Below are positions 38,395-49,300 of a stretch of 64,000 nt of DNA, piece by piece. Numbering within the stretch: the first letter of the stretch is position 1; every line of letters begins with the position of its first letter. Source of the DNA: an uncultured euryarchaeote (GTDB lineage Archaea; Thermoplasmatota; Poseidoniia; Poseidoniales; Poseidoniaceae); assembly GCA_963981035.1 (NCBI GenBank), contig CAXCCF010000004.1:1891-65890 (forward strand). The letters run 5' to 3'. A program made the position numbers and the translations under genes. The notes under the pieces are model-generated. The model was not told where the DNA came from. It was given only the letters and a program-made list of their open reading frames with translations, and made no database searches.

Positions 38395-39459
38395 ATGAAG
38401 ATTCTCAAGCGGCAACAAATGTTGTGGAGAATTCGAATAGAATCTCAAGATGACCTATGGTCTATCTCGCGATTAGCACGTAAAGGAATGTCAGTAGCAA
38501 TGCTTGGCGAAAGGAGAGACCAGACCACAGTTGGAGAAACTGGTGGACGAGCCAAATCCGCTGAAAGAAAAAAAATGTGGATACAGTTGAGAATTGAATC
38601 AACAGAATACCAAACATTTTCTGATACATTGAGAATACATGGGATTATTGAAGAGGCCCAATTTGATTTGGGCTTGCATCATACCCACATTATTGGAGTA
38701 AGCGATGAGATTGAAATCACATCACTTACCCCGTTTGAGGCAACTGATATTGAATTATTAATACAGAGCGAAAAAGCCAGTAAGGCGGCTCAGGTAGCAT
38801 TACTCGTCGTTGAAAATGACGAAATGATTCTGTATTTCATTACTGGAAGAGGTTTGCGGGAAAGTGCAATGTGGACTATGCGTGGCGGTGGTAAACGTGG
38901 AGATTTGAAGACTACATCAAGCGTAGCCTCTTCATTTAGAAAAAGTGTAATCTCCGCACTTTCCTCACAACTGAATACTGATATTCCGCTGATACTTTGT
39001 GGGCCAGGTCATGCAAAGGATGTATTGCTTCCAGAACTAAGAGATAATGGCCATAGTCGATTCATAAAATTAGTTGCTACTTCAATGGGGGGTCGCTCTG
39101 CCGCTAATGAAGTAATAAGAGATGGTCTCGCAGGAGATTTACTCGGTGAACATGCCATTTCAAAGGAGATAATGCTTCTAGAAGAGGCTTGGACTAGGCT
39201 ATCCACAACCGGAACTGTAGCATATGGTAAGGAACAATTGGATAGGGCATTGAAAGAAGGGGCGATAGAGACATTGCTAATCACTGCAGATTTATTGAGA
39301 ACTGAAGAGGATACTATCGCAGGAAAATCATGGCCAGAATGGTGCAAAGGACTCTCTGATATTTCAGCAGGATTAGTGCAGTGTTCTACTGACCATGATT
39401 CTGGACAGCAATTGTTGGGAATGGGTGGGGTTGTTGCTCTACTGCGCTACAAAATGTGA
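38395..39459 (+). CDS. pelA: Pelota (archaeal Dom34 homologue), mRNA surveillance/ribosome rescue
   Basis: N-terminal Sm-like domain with QDDLWSISRL, central domain and eRF1-like C-terminal domain. 354 aa; starts 5 nt after the fhs stop. Confidence 0.85.
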   Translation: MKILKRQQMLWRIRIESQDDLWSISRLARKGMSVAMLGERRDQTTVGETGGRAKSAERKKMWIQLRIESTEYQTFSDTLRIHGIIEEAQFDLGLHHTHIIGVSDEIEITSLTPFEATDIELLIQSEKASKAAQVALLVVENDEMILYFITGRGLRESAMWTMRGGGKRGDLKTTSSVASSFRKSVISALSSQLNTDIPLILCGPGHAKDVLLPELRDNGHSRFIKLVATSMGGRSAANEVIRDGLAGDLLGEHAISKEIMLLEEAWTRLSTTGTVAYGKEQLDRALKEGAIETLLITADLLRTEEDTIAGKSWPEWCKGLSDISAGLVQCSTDHDSGQQLLGMGGVVALLRYKM

Positions 39460-39474
39460 AATTGAGGATTGAAT

Positions 39475-39792
39475 ATGGAAGGAAATAAATCTTTCAAATT
39501 TGCATGGTTTAGCCAATTCAAGGATATTCCCCGTGAGCAATTACGTCAATCATTACGTGGTTTCCGCTGGATACTTCTTAATGCTGAAGATTTGCCCAAT
39601 GCAACATCTGTATGGATGTTTGCTGAACTAGATGGGTTCTTCATCGCTCTAGACCATAGAGGTAGTGAATTTTCTTCTGGAGTTCATAACAGGGCTATAC
39701 ATCTATTACTTCTCGATAAAGAACAAGAGGTCAAGGGAATTTCAAAGGTCATCTATGGTGCAAGCGATAATATTGAAAATTACCTTTGGTGA
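39475..39792 (+). CDS. Hypothetical protein (105 aa)
   Basis: ORF only; ATG 16 nt after the pelota stop. No motif recognised. Confidence 0.35.
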   Translation: MEGNKSFKFAWFSQFKDIPREQLRQSLRGFRWILLNAEDLPNATSVWMFAELDGFFIALDHRGSEFSSGVHNRAIHLLLLDKEQEVKGISKVIYGASDNIENYLW

Positions 39793-39808
39793 TATATTGA
39801 CAATTAAG

Positions 39809-39882
39809 TGGGCTCGAGGGGATTCGAACCCCCGATCAACGCCGTGTAAAGGCGCTGTCATAACCAGCTAGACCACGAACCC
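39809..39882 (-). tRNA. tRNA-Val (anticodon UAC)
   Basis: Reverse complement folds with acceptor GGGTTCG/CGAGCCC (one G-U), anticodon stem GCGCC/GGCGT, loop TTTACAC, T arm GGGGG-TTCGAAT-CCCCT, discriminator A. No intron; CCA not encoded. Confidence 0.9.
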
Positions 39883-39965
39883 GTGTTCCACCCCTATGGC
39901 AAGGGGTTTTTCAACTAACCGCATCGCCACTAACCTCAAAACCATTCAACGCTAGCCCTGTATAT

Positions 39966-40667
39966 ATGGATGAGGAAGTCCAAGCGACTGCCGCACGGTT
40001 AGTTCGCCGTCTCAAAGAAGGAAATCACACTATCACAGTTGCTGAATCCTGTACAGGTGGATTACTTGCAAGCGCATTTACTGATATTGCGGGAGCAAGT
40101 CAATGGTTCCGCCAATCGTGGGTCACATATTCTAATGATGCAAAAATAAAGGAACTCGGAGTTACTGAAGAGGCCCTCAATAGAAGAGGTGCAGTATCTG
40201 CTGAAGTAGCGATTCAAATGGCTCAAGGTGCCCGTAAAAGAGCGAATGCGAGCATTGCAATATCTATTACAGGTATTGCCGGACCGAATAATGATGGGAG
40301 CAATAAAAAAATTGGCACCGTATATGTCGGTATTGCATCCGAAAACTGGGCTAATTCTGATATTACTGAAATCGGTGGTAACCGTGCAGAAAATAAAATT
40401 GCTTTTGTTCATTTTGCATTATTAACCGCAATAAAATATTGGGATAGAGCTATGGCAAAGGAAGAAGTTGCAAGGAAAGAAGAAGAATCAAGGGTTGCTG
40501 CAGAAGAAGATGCTAAGTTACAATTTGAAGAAGAACGGGCAAGGCGTGAAGCAGAAGCAAAGGAAAATGCTCCATGGCAAGAAGACGCATGGAGTGACGA
40601 GAAAAAATCTGCACTTTCAAAAGAAATTATTGGCCATGAGATCAATTGGGATAAGGAAAATGATTGA
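39966..40667 (+). CDS. pncC: CinA C-terminal domain / nicotinamide-nucleotide amidohydrolase PncC-like protein with a ~70-aa charged C-terminal extension
   Basis: ITVAESCTGGLLA, WVTYSN and ITGIAGP motifs. The tail is KEEVARKEEESRVAAEEDAKLQFEEERARREAEAKENAPWQEDAW. Confidence 0.75.
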   Translation: MDEEVQATAARLVRRLKEGNHTITVAESCTGGLLASAFTDIAGASQWFRQSWVTYSNDAKIKELGVTEEALNRRGAVSAEVAIQMAQGARKRANASIAISITGIAGPNNDGSNKKIGTVYVGIASENWANSDITEIGGNRAENKIAFVHFALLTAIKYWDRAMAKEEVARKEEESRVAAEEDAKLQFEEERARREAEAKENAPWQEDAWSDEKKSALSKEIIGHEINWDKEND

Positions 40668-40736
40668 ACGATTCCATAACCAATTGTAATTTCTTTGTCG
40701 CACTGCTTATGTGCATCCGATGTCACCTTCGTCAAT

Positions 40737-42374
40737 ATGGGTGGTGATGCAGCAGATATCTGGCAGCATTTGGCCAGCCGAAAGATAATGCTATTGAAAT
40801 CGATGAAGCAGGCTGTTCAAGAACTTGCAGACCCTTTTGCTGTATTTTCGCATGCTCAAGAAGTTGGATTTAATTCAGGACTCCTGACACAAGAGATTCT
40901 AGATAAAATGATTACTGCTCACATTACTACACAGAATAATGATTCAACAATCGAAGAAACAAATAAACCAGTTAGTTCTGAAATTAAGCAACGGATTATT
41001 CCCAATACATCAGCGGATGAATTAGGAAGAACAATCGCACCAATTGCTCAGCATGAGCCTTTTGATGTTCGTTTCCGCAATAATCTACCAGATTGGAGTG
41101 TAGATGATTTCAGCGAAAATGCCAGTGATGCTACAAGCGATATCAAAGTTCATTACGACATTACTGGAAACTCGGTTACTGAAGGGAAGATGTCTGATAT
41201 TAATTCCTGTTTTTCCGACCGACTAGAAAAAATTAGAAAAATGATAATTGCAAATTCTAACCTTCCAAAACCACCTCAAGAGATTGCAAGATTAAATTCT
41301 GAATATTCACGTTATCAGGGATATGAAAATACTGCGGTGGCTATCGGTTTAGTAAATGAACCACGTTATACAAAAAATGGCCATCTGATGTGGGGAATTG
41401 AAGATGAATCCGGCGAGATGTTGTGCCTTCTAACCAAGCGACAAGGAGATGATAGGGATAGGGCTCAAGAAATGATACTTGAATCCGGTTTGATGCCCGA
41501 TGATGTATTAGGTGTATCAGGCTCTTTTAGCCAAACTGGAGATATTTTCTATGTATCGGATTTGTTCTTCCCCCTCAAACCAAAACATCAAAAATCAAGT
41601 TCAGAGCATGGAGTCAGTGTAGCATTCCTATCAGATATTCATGTTGGTTCGAAGACATTCTTAGAGGCACAATGGCACAAAATGGTAAGATGGTTTCATA
41701 CCGACCCATTAGCGAAGACAATCAAATATCTCATTTTGTCAGGTGACTGTGTTGATGGAGTAGGAATATATCCTGGACAAGATAAGGAATTAGCGATACC
41801 TGATTTGTATGGCCAATATACAGAATTTGCTAGACTTCTTGAATTATTACCTGAATGGGTTGAATGTGTCATGCTACCAGGAAACCATGATGCTGTTCGT
41901 CCAGCAGAACCGCAACCAACATTTGAAAAGGATATTCAGCAGGATTACAATTCAACCACATTTGTTGGAAATCCTTGTGATTTTTCGTTGAATGGGGTGC
42001 GGGTATTATCTTACCATGGAAAATCAATTGACGATTTCGTTGCCGGTTTGCGAACTGTTACCTATTCCGATCCTGTTGAAGCTATGCGCCAAATGTTGAG
42101 AAGAAGGCATCTTGCACCTCAATGGGGGGGTAAAACTCCACTTTCTCCAGAGCCCGAGGATGGTTTGGTCATTAATGAAGTTCCTGATATTTTTGTAACC
42201 GGACACGTTCATGGACATGCATGCATTGATTTCAAGGGTACAACATTGATTTGTTCAAGCACCTGGCAAGACCAAACATCATACCAGCGAATGCTTGGTT
42301 TCCAACCAAAGCCTTGTATGCTAACGATTGTAAATCTGAAAAGTCATGCTACAACTGCAATTCCATTTGCGTGA
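40737..42374 (+). CDS. polD1: DNA polymerase II (PolD) small subunit DP1
   Basis: Calcineurin-like phosphoesterase motifs FLSDIHVGS, LSGDCVDGVG, LPGNHD, TGHVHGH after an OB-fold region. Track start 40695 is TTG; ATG at 40737. Confidence 0.9.
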   Translation: MGGDAADIWQHLASRKIMLLKSMKQAVQELADPFAVFSHAQEVGFNSGLLTQEILDKMITAHITTQNNDSTIEETNKPVSSEIKQRIIPNTSADELGRTIAPIAQHEPFDVRFRNNLPDWSVDDFSENASDATSDIKVHYDITGNSVTEGKMSDINSCFSDRLEKIRKMIIANSNLPKPPQEIARLNSEYSRYQGYENTAVAIGLVNEPRYTKNGHLMWGIEDESGEMLCLLTKRQGDDRDRAQEMILESGLMPDDVLGVSGSFSQTGDIFYVSDLFFPLKPKHQKSSSEHGVSVAFLSDIHVGSKTFLEAQWHKMVRWFHTDPLAKTIKYLILSGDCVDGVGIYPGQDKELAIPDLYGQYTEFARLLELLPEWVECVMLPGNHDAVRPAEPQPTFEKDIQQDYNSTTFVGNPCDFSLNGVRVLSYHGKSIDDFVAGLRTVTYSDPVEAMRQMLRRRHLAPQWGGKTPLSPEPEDGLVINEVPDIFVTGHVHGHACIDFKGTTLICSSTWQDQTSYQRMLGFQPKPCMLTIVNLKSHATTAIPFA

Positions 42375-42381
42375 GCATATA

Positions 42382-43074
42382 TTATTCAAGACCTAATAGT
42401 GGCCTCAATAAAGTTAGGTCCTTTTCCATGACAATTTCAACCCCTGCCTTTTCAAATGCCATTATTGAAGAATCTCTTGTCGGGTTAAAACCAATAAAAG
42501 TGCTACCTTCAATATGCATACTCAAATCCATTTCAGAATCTCCAACTGATACAATTTTAGAAGTATTAATACCATTCATCTGACATAACTTCTCAATCAC
42601 TTCTCCTTTACCACCTGCATGTAATCGACAAATTCCTTCATTGGTCAAAGAATCGTCTTCAGCGAATTTGAATCCATTCGCAATCCAATCATCTACTTTT
42701 AGCATCGATGCTATTGTTGATACGAAAATATCTACTCCCGCTGATACAATCGCGACAAATACTCCTCGCTGCTTTAATTCTGAAACAAGTTCCCTTGCCC
42801 CAGGCATTAATTTTACACCAGAATATGCTCTAAATAGGTCATCCTTGAAAATAGGGTCTTGTTTCCTTTTCCAAAGTTGGATATCAGAACGCATAAATTC
42901 AACATCACTCAAAACGCCTTCAATAAAAAGTTGTAAATTTTTCCCATTATCTGTTCCGAAATGATCATGAAGAGTCCTCCATGAAGAAATTGCATCAACT
43001 AAGACACCATCACAATCAAAAACAACGCACTCCGGCAAAGTAGCATCGCTGGAATCGTCATTAGTTGCTACCAT
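42382..43074 (-). CDS. HAD-superfamily hydrolase, phosphoserine phosphatase (SerB)-like
   Basis: HAD motif I VFDCDGVLVD, II IVSAG, III/IV GKGEV...VGDSEMD. Track start 43092 is TTG; ATG at 43074. Confidence 0.65.
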   Translation of the reverse strand: MVATNDDSSDATLPECVVFDCDGVLVDAISSWRTLHDHFGTDNGKNLQLFIEGVLSDVEFMRSDIQLWKRKQDPIFKDDLFRAYSGVKLMPGARELVSELKQRGVFVAIVSAGVDIFVSTIASMLKVDDWIANGFKFAEDDSLTNEGICRLHAGGKGEVIEKLCQMNGINTSKIVSVGDSEMDLSMHIEGSTFIGFNPTRDSSIMAFEKAGVEIVMEKDLTLLRPLLGLE

Positions 43075-43179
43075 CTGGCCTCTCCAAGACAAACTAAACG
43101 TTTCTTGTTTGAAAGGCTTCGCAACGTTTGATAATCAAATAGCAGCAAATGCTGAAAAAAGGGGAAGCGAAAAACTGGA

Positions 43180-43195
43180 GGGGTCCTAAGACCCC
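43180..43195 (-). terminator. Hairpin GGGGTC-CTAA-GACCCC followed on the minus strand by T5 and T6 tracts
   Basis: Lies ~115 nt downstream of the 4,520-aa gene stop. The minus-strand read is GGGGTCTTAGGACCCCTCCAGTTTTTCGCTTCCCCTTTTTT. Confidence 0.5.
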
Positions 43196-43259
43196 ATCCA
43201 GCGTTCGCATTGTTTAATCCGTCTCCGCAGAGTACGGCTTTCTCGAAATGCAAGAGGGA

Positions 43260-43277
43260 AGAGGGCCGCAGCCCTCT
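43260..43277 (-). terminator. Hairpin AGAGGGC-(4 nt)-GCCCTCT
   Basis: 7-bp GC-rich stem 34 nt downstream of the 4,520-aa gene stop, followed by a pyrimidine-rich TTCCCTCTTGCATTT. Confidence 0.4.
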
Positions 43278-43310
43278 AACCCTAATGCGTCCTTTTGCAC
43301 TTACCTAAGT

Positions 43311-46300
43311 TCAAGCCTTCAGGTTGTATGCCAATCCTGTCCATTCCTTGAGGACAGCACCTTGAGCATTTGCCGGAGCATATTTCAAAGTAATTGTGAC
43401 ATCTTCCAAAGGTGTACCATCTGGTGCGTGGGTGCGTACATAGACTTCATCACCAGTGTTGAAGGTAGAAACAGATCTTGTTCCTTCCTTGTTCACTTGG
43501 TCAACGAATGTGACGAATGCGTCACTGTTTGCAGGATTAAACCCGTAAACATCGTTAGTATCGGCCAAATTGGCAGTGTATGTAGCAACAGATCCACTTG
43601 CATCAGTATACATGATACGGACTTCAACAGCTTGGGTTGCCAAGTCTGTTTCAGATTGGCGCACTGAGATTCTCCAGTGTCCATCATCTGCGTCTGAACC
43701 ATTGATATCCTCAATGTCGAAGGTGACTCTTGGGACACCCTTGACATCTGTTTCAGCTAGACTAGAAGCCCACACGTAGATTACACCTGATAGAACCACT
43801 GTGATAGCGACCATTAGAATGGTTGCGATAACAGGGGATACTGCAAGTTCATCTTCTACGATAGTTGCTTCCATTTCTTCCTCATCCTCATCACGGCGTC
43901 CGGAAAGTGCAAGAGCACTTACGAAGATACCTGCAAGGCTCACAGCAATAATGCTAGGAGCGAAGGAAGGAACTGCACCTGCACCGATTGTTCCCACAAC
44001 GGTTGGCAAGTTTTGTCCAGATGCCTCAAAGGTTGAAGATGGCTGGTTAGCGTGAGCACATGTTGCCGCAGTTTCAAGACTGGACATCATGTTGTTACAC
44101 CAATTGCTGTCTTCAAGTAGAGGTCGGCGTTCAGAGGTCTGTGTAGCATTGCTACCGTATTGACCAGGCTTGGACCAATCTGCTCCTTGTTGTCCTTGGT
44201 TGTTAGAACGGTGGGAAGCAGGGGTATCAGTCTGGAAACGATCTGCAGAAGGTGCTAGTATGTCACAAGGGTTTGCCAAACAGGTCTTGACGTCCATCTC
44301 GACCCAAACGTTTGTTGTATCCTTTGTGATGTACACATCTTCAGTTATTGAAACAGATGTTCCGTAAGCTGGTACAGCGTAGTAGCGTGTTTGCTCAACT
44401 TCTGAGTGACCGTCTGTGTGGAAGGTAATCGCCAACATATGGTCGTATGTGTAAGGTCCTTCATCTCCACCAGCAGTTACATCAATAGTTGTTGGCACAT
44501 ATGTACCGGTCATGATGTTAGTAACTCCATTGAAGTTGAATCCTGTGTCTCCACTGAATCCGTAGTCAGCAACTAGTTCACGTACTCTTTCAACACGTAC
44601 ACCAATTTCTTGCGTAGCAACACCTTGCGCATAATCTGCAATAGGCATCAAAGCGGTATCGTAGTTAGGAACATACGATGGTGCAGATGCTGTGTCACGC
44701 AGTACCAAACGGATTTGACAGTAGTCAGATCCAGTCGGTCCGATTTGGTGGATACCGTTGTCGTTCAAGTAATCAATCTCCCAATCAAATCCATTGGTTG
44801 TTGCATCTGGAACTAGGTCCAATACTAAGTCATCACCAACGATTGTTGCTTCGAAGTAGTTACCATATACACACTGGTCTGTTGACTCAATTTGCCAAGT
44901 CAAATCAGCGTCGTTGTGGTCAACGTCGTTCTTCATTGCAGCAAGACTGAAAGTCAAGTTTTCAGCATTGGTATCATCTTCCATAACCGAAAGCTTCCAA
45001 GGGATTGAGTTAACAGATCCATTGTCAGGGTTCACTGAAACAGTTCTTCCTTCATCATCGGTCATTGATGCATTCCAGTCAAGGATGACTGGAGCGTCGT
45101 TAACAGGTGATACTGAGAAATCAACATCAAACACAGTAGCTTCCTGGTTCTCTGCTCCATCATCAGATAGAGTTAGAGAGACAGTACAAGTGCCTCCAAG
45201 TTCGTTGTTTGTGTTCTCAGATAGAACCAATTCGTTGATAGCGTTCACTTCAGCAGAGAAGGCAATACATGTTGTAGGTACAGATGCACCCCATGTGTAG
45301 ACTTGTCTTGTAGGTGATTGCTCGTTAGCCATGTCACGGATGTATGAACGTGTAGCGTTACTTACATCACCTAAGAACTTGGTATGAGAACCGAATCCTT
45401 CTGGTAGGATGTTGTTATACAATTCATCCTCAGAGAACAGAGGCATACAGTTTGCTTCATCGATGTTACAGATCACTGGTGCGTCGTTGACGTTATCAAC
45501 AGTGAATGTAATATTCTTTGAATCAGTTAATCCATTGCTGTCAGTCACTTCGAAGCTGTAGGTCATAATACCAAATTGGTTGTCAAGAGGTGTAATAGTT
45601 ACTTGGTGACCGTTTTGGTTCCAATCTACTAGTACGTTATCGTGAGCAACAACATTGCTTGAAGCAGATGTCCAGGACATTGATGCTTCATCATCTTGCA
45701 CATCATCAGCCATGTTAGTTAGGCTGAAAGTGTAAGCACCTGAGTCTTCGTCGACAGTAATGTCAGCGAGTGATGCTCCAACAACAGGACAAGCACGCTC
45801 CATGTCTAGGTTAACGTTAGCATTGGTTGCCATTGATAGGTCCTCAGTAACTGCCCAGTCATAAGCACAGTCTGCAGAAGTCTTGATCATTACATCGTAG
45901 TCCTTTGCAACACTTGGTGTGCTAGATCCCTTGTATGTGCGGTATACTAGTACTTCATCAGCAATTGAACCAGTTAGCAAGTCATCATGAGTCAACTCAA
46001 CAGTGATATATTCACTGAAGGATTGCAGAGTATTTCCGCTGTCAATTGTTTGAGTTGGGTGAACAGTGCTGACATCAGCAGTGCTTTCACCTTGTACTAT
46101 TGCAACAACATCAATCTGGCTTGGTGTTCCACCCATACGGCTGAATGGTATAGAAATCTCAGCAAAGTTGCCAGAGAAATCTACAGATACAGCGTCCTGA
46201 CTCAATGTAGTTGGTCCCCATCCAAGGAAACCATATGAGTACAGGTCATATGATGAATCACTATCAGCCCATAGAACATAGTTTGCAGGCACAGGTAATG

Positions 46301-49300
46301 TGTGAGCACCGCCCATTCCATTGTATCCAGTTGTTGAACCACTTCCATCAGTACTGATGTAAATCAGTAAGTCTGAGTTAGTTAGATCTTCACCGGTCAA
46401 TCCGAAGTACAAGTTATCTCCTTCAATATATGTCACAGACATGTCATTGGTACCGTCACCGCTCATTACACCTGGCATTGCATATCCAGATGGGTTCAGA
46501 GCGTTTCCACCGTTCCAGTCACTGTCATCACCGTCAACAACCATATTTTCTGGTTGGAAACTTGTGGACACATAGGAAGCACGTGTTCCGTCAGTAGACT
46601 TGATGAGAAGCGCAACTTCATTTGCAGGAGTAGCAGTCAAGTGAGTGCTGTCCATAGAGAAGAGGTTTGCTTCATCAATTGTTGCAGTAGTATCTACAAT
46701 CAACTTCTGGTCATCCAGAGAGTTACCAATTGAAGTGACGTATGCGTTTGCACCTGCATCAATTTGTGTTGTTGATGAAGTCCAAGTCATGTTCTCAACA
46801 GATCCTACTGAATCATCGACCTTCAATGCTGTTGTAGCATCAGCCACTCCACCATCCCAACGGAATGGTGAGTTGACTACGTGTACACCGACATCACCGG
46901 AAGCGTCTAGTGGGTAAACCCAAACTTCAGGTGAATCTTCAACATATAGACCAGTTCCAGAAGTACCACCGTCAACTGCTGCGTTTATTGCAATAACAGT
47001 TGTATCAGTAGCGTGGACACCATAGGAGTCACCAGCAAGTGATGCATCTCCCATTAGGTTGAGTGTACCAGATGGCATATCAACACCAGTGTCATATCCT
47101 GAAACAGTGGTTCCATCCAAAGTGACTGTGTTAACTCCATCAGCAGAATTAATTCCGCTTGTTGAAGTTGAAGAATCACCTGATAGGATTGAACCATCGT
47201 CAACCAGATCACAGTTCTCAAGAACAATTGCATTGTCAGATAATGTGATAGTATTATCTGCAGAGTTAATTGTTACTGATGCGCAATCAACTGCTGAAAT
47301 ACCGATAGCATTAGGAGACAAACGACCAGCGCTTAGTCCAATCGAGTTTCCACTGATATCAGGTCCAGAGTATCCTGCACCACCTGCTGCCTCAAGTGCG
47401 TAGATGTTTGCACCACCGTCACCGTATGTGTCTGTTACCTTGATTGTGTAACTTCCAGCATCAGTGTAGATCTTTAGAGGCGTGTATCCAGTGTTGGATG
47501 AGAATGAACCAGCTGCCCAGGTATCCTTTGTTCCATCAGGCAAGGTAATCTCAATTCCAATCTCTCCACCCCAACTGTCTGTTTCTAGATCGACTGATAG
47601 AGTCTTTCCAGAACCAAGTGTAAAGGTACAAGTCTTGGAATAACTGTAATCATATGAACGGATAGTACATAATGAGCTAGACGGAGCAGGAGGTTGGCTC
47701 ATTGAATCCAACACTATTCCACCATCTGAATCAATTAGTGTGTTATTTGTAACATCACCTTGACCACCATCGATTACGATTCCAGCATGTGCAGATTCGC
47801 CAACACCATTAATCGTATTGTTATCAATCACGAATTCAACACCACTAGTGACTGTGATTCCTTCTTGTGCACCGTTAATGGTGTTTCCAGAAATCTCAGT
47901 TCTCAAGTTCTTACCAGCATATTGTGCGATTGCAGTACCTGATCCACCATTGCTGTTGAATGTGTTACCAGAGATAACTGTATCATCAGAATGAGCGTTT
48001 CGGTAAATCCAAACGTCAGCAATTTCTCCACCATCATTGAAAGTGTTTCCACTAATCGTTAGGTTGTCAGCACCGATATAATCTACTGTGTGATAGCTGT
48101 AGTAAGGAGATCTCTGAGTCATAACACCGACTGCACAGTTGGTGAATGTGTTTCCACTAATTACTCCACCATCTCCACCGCCAAGTGCGATACAAATATC
48201 AGAGTATTGAACTGCGTTGTTTAGTTCTGTATATCCACGGAAGTGAGTGATTTCATTATTGGTAATTGATGTTTCTTCAATTTCCCAATTATAACTATAC
48301 CAGGCACTCTTGTAACCATTCGATGCTGTTATGGTTGAAAGTCCACTAAGTGTTGAATTATCAATAATGAAATTCATTGTGTAGTAGAAATATCCAAGTT
48401 CAACACCCATTGGGCTTCCAGTATCAGGGTTTGTCATCATAGAGTACATTTCACCATCTACCATGTAGAAGGATGATCCGTAAGGTGACTTAGGGTACCA
48501 TCTTTGTGTATCATAGTAAGTGTAACCGCCAGTTGCAAGTAAAGTAGAACCATTGAAACTGTAGTCGTTACCACCATTTAGGTACATGAATGGTACATCT
48601 ATCATTACCGTCTTACTTGACATATCCTTGGCAATTCCACCATAGTAACCATATTCTTTACCGTCGTTAACTCCGTCACCATCAGTATCTACGTTTCGTG
48701 AACCTGCAGTGGATAAGGATCCACTACATTGTGCGACCATAGCGTATGATGTAGATGAGAAGCCATAACAAACACGATCTGTGATTTGATCAACTAGGTC
48801 AACAGACTCACTGTTTCCACTTGCATCAGTTAATGTTGCAGCATGGAATGCATAACGGAAATCCATCAGGTTGTTAGAACTGGAGGTGTAGTAATATGCA
48901 ATCTTAGCGACTGTGGATACTTCGTATCCTGCCAAGCTTGGTACTGTAATTCCAGAACTATCTACTGTGATAGTAGTAAATGTCAATCCACTTACTTGAC
49001 CACTGGAATCAGTAATTCCTGTTCCAGCAGCAGCACCTGAAGCATCCAAGAGGTTAACTGTTGCACCTGAAACTACATTTGTATCTGCAGTTAATGTTAC
49101 AGCTAGTTCTCGCATTCTGGTAAATAATCCACTTCCAGTTACTTCAACTGAATTGCTATCCACAGTTCCTTCGATGAAGTCAACTGCAGCGGAACCAGTA
49201 ATCACGACATCCTTGGTATTACCAAGTGTGACATCGGTCATTGTAATAGTTCCTGTACCAGCGGTTTCAATACCTATGGCGTTATTTGCAATTGATACAC

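Noticed and set aside
39966-40667. The charged coiled-coil-like tail on the PncC/CinA-like protein next to the PolD small subunit, considered as a possible replication-linked novelty.
   Set aside because: Only the adjacency and a low-complexity Glu/Lys/Ala tail support this idea, and neither is specific. It is recorded as a feature note only.
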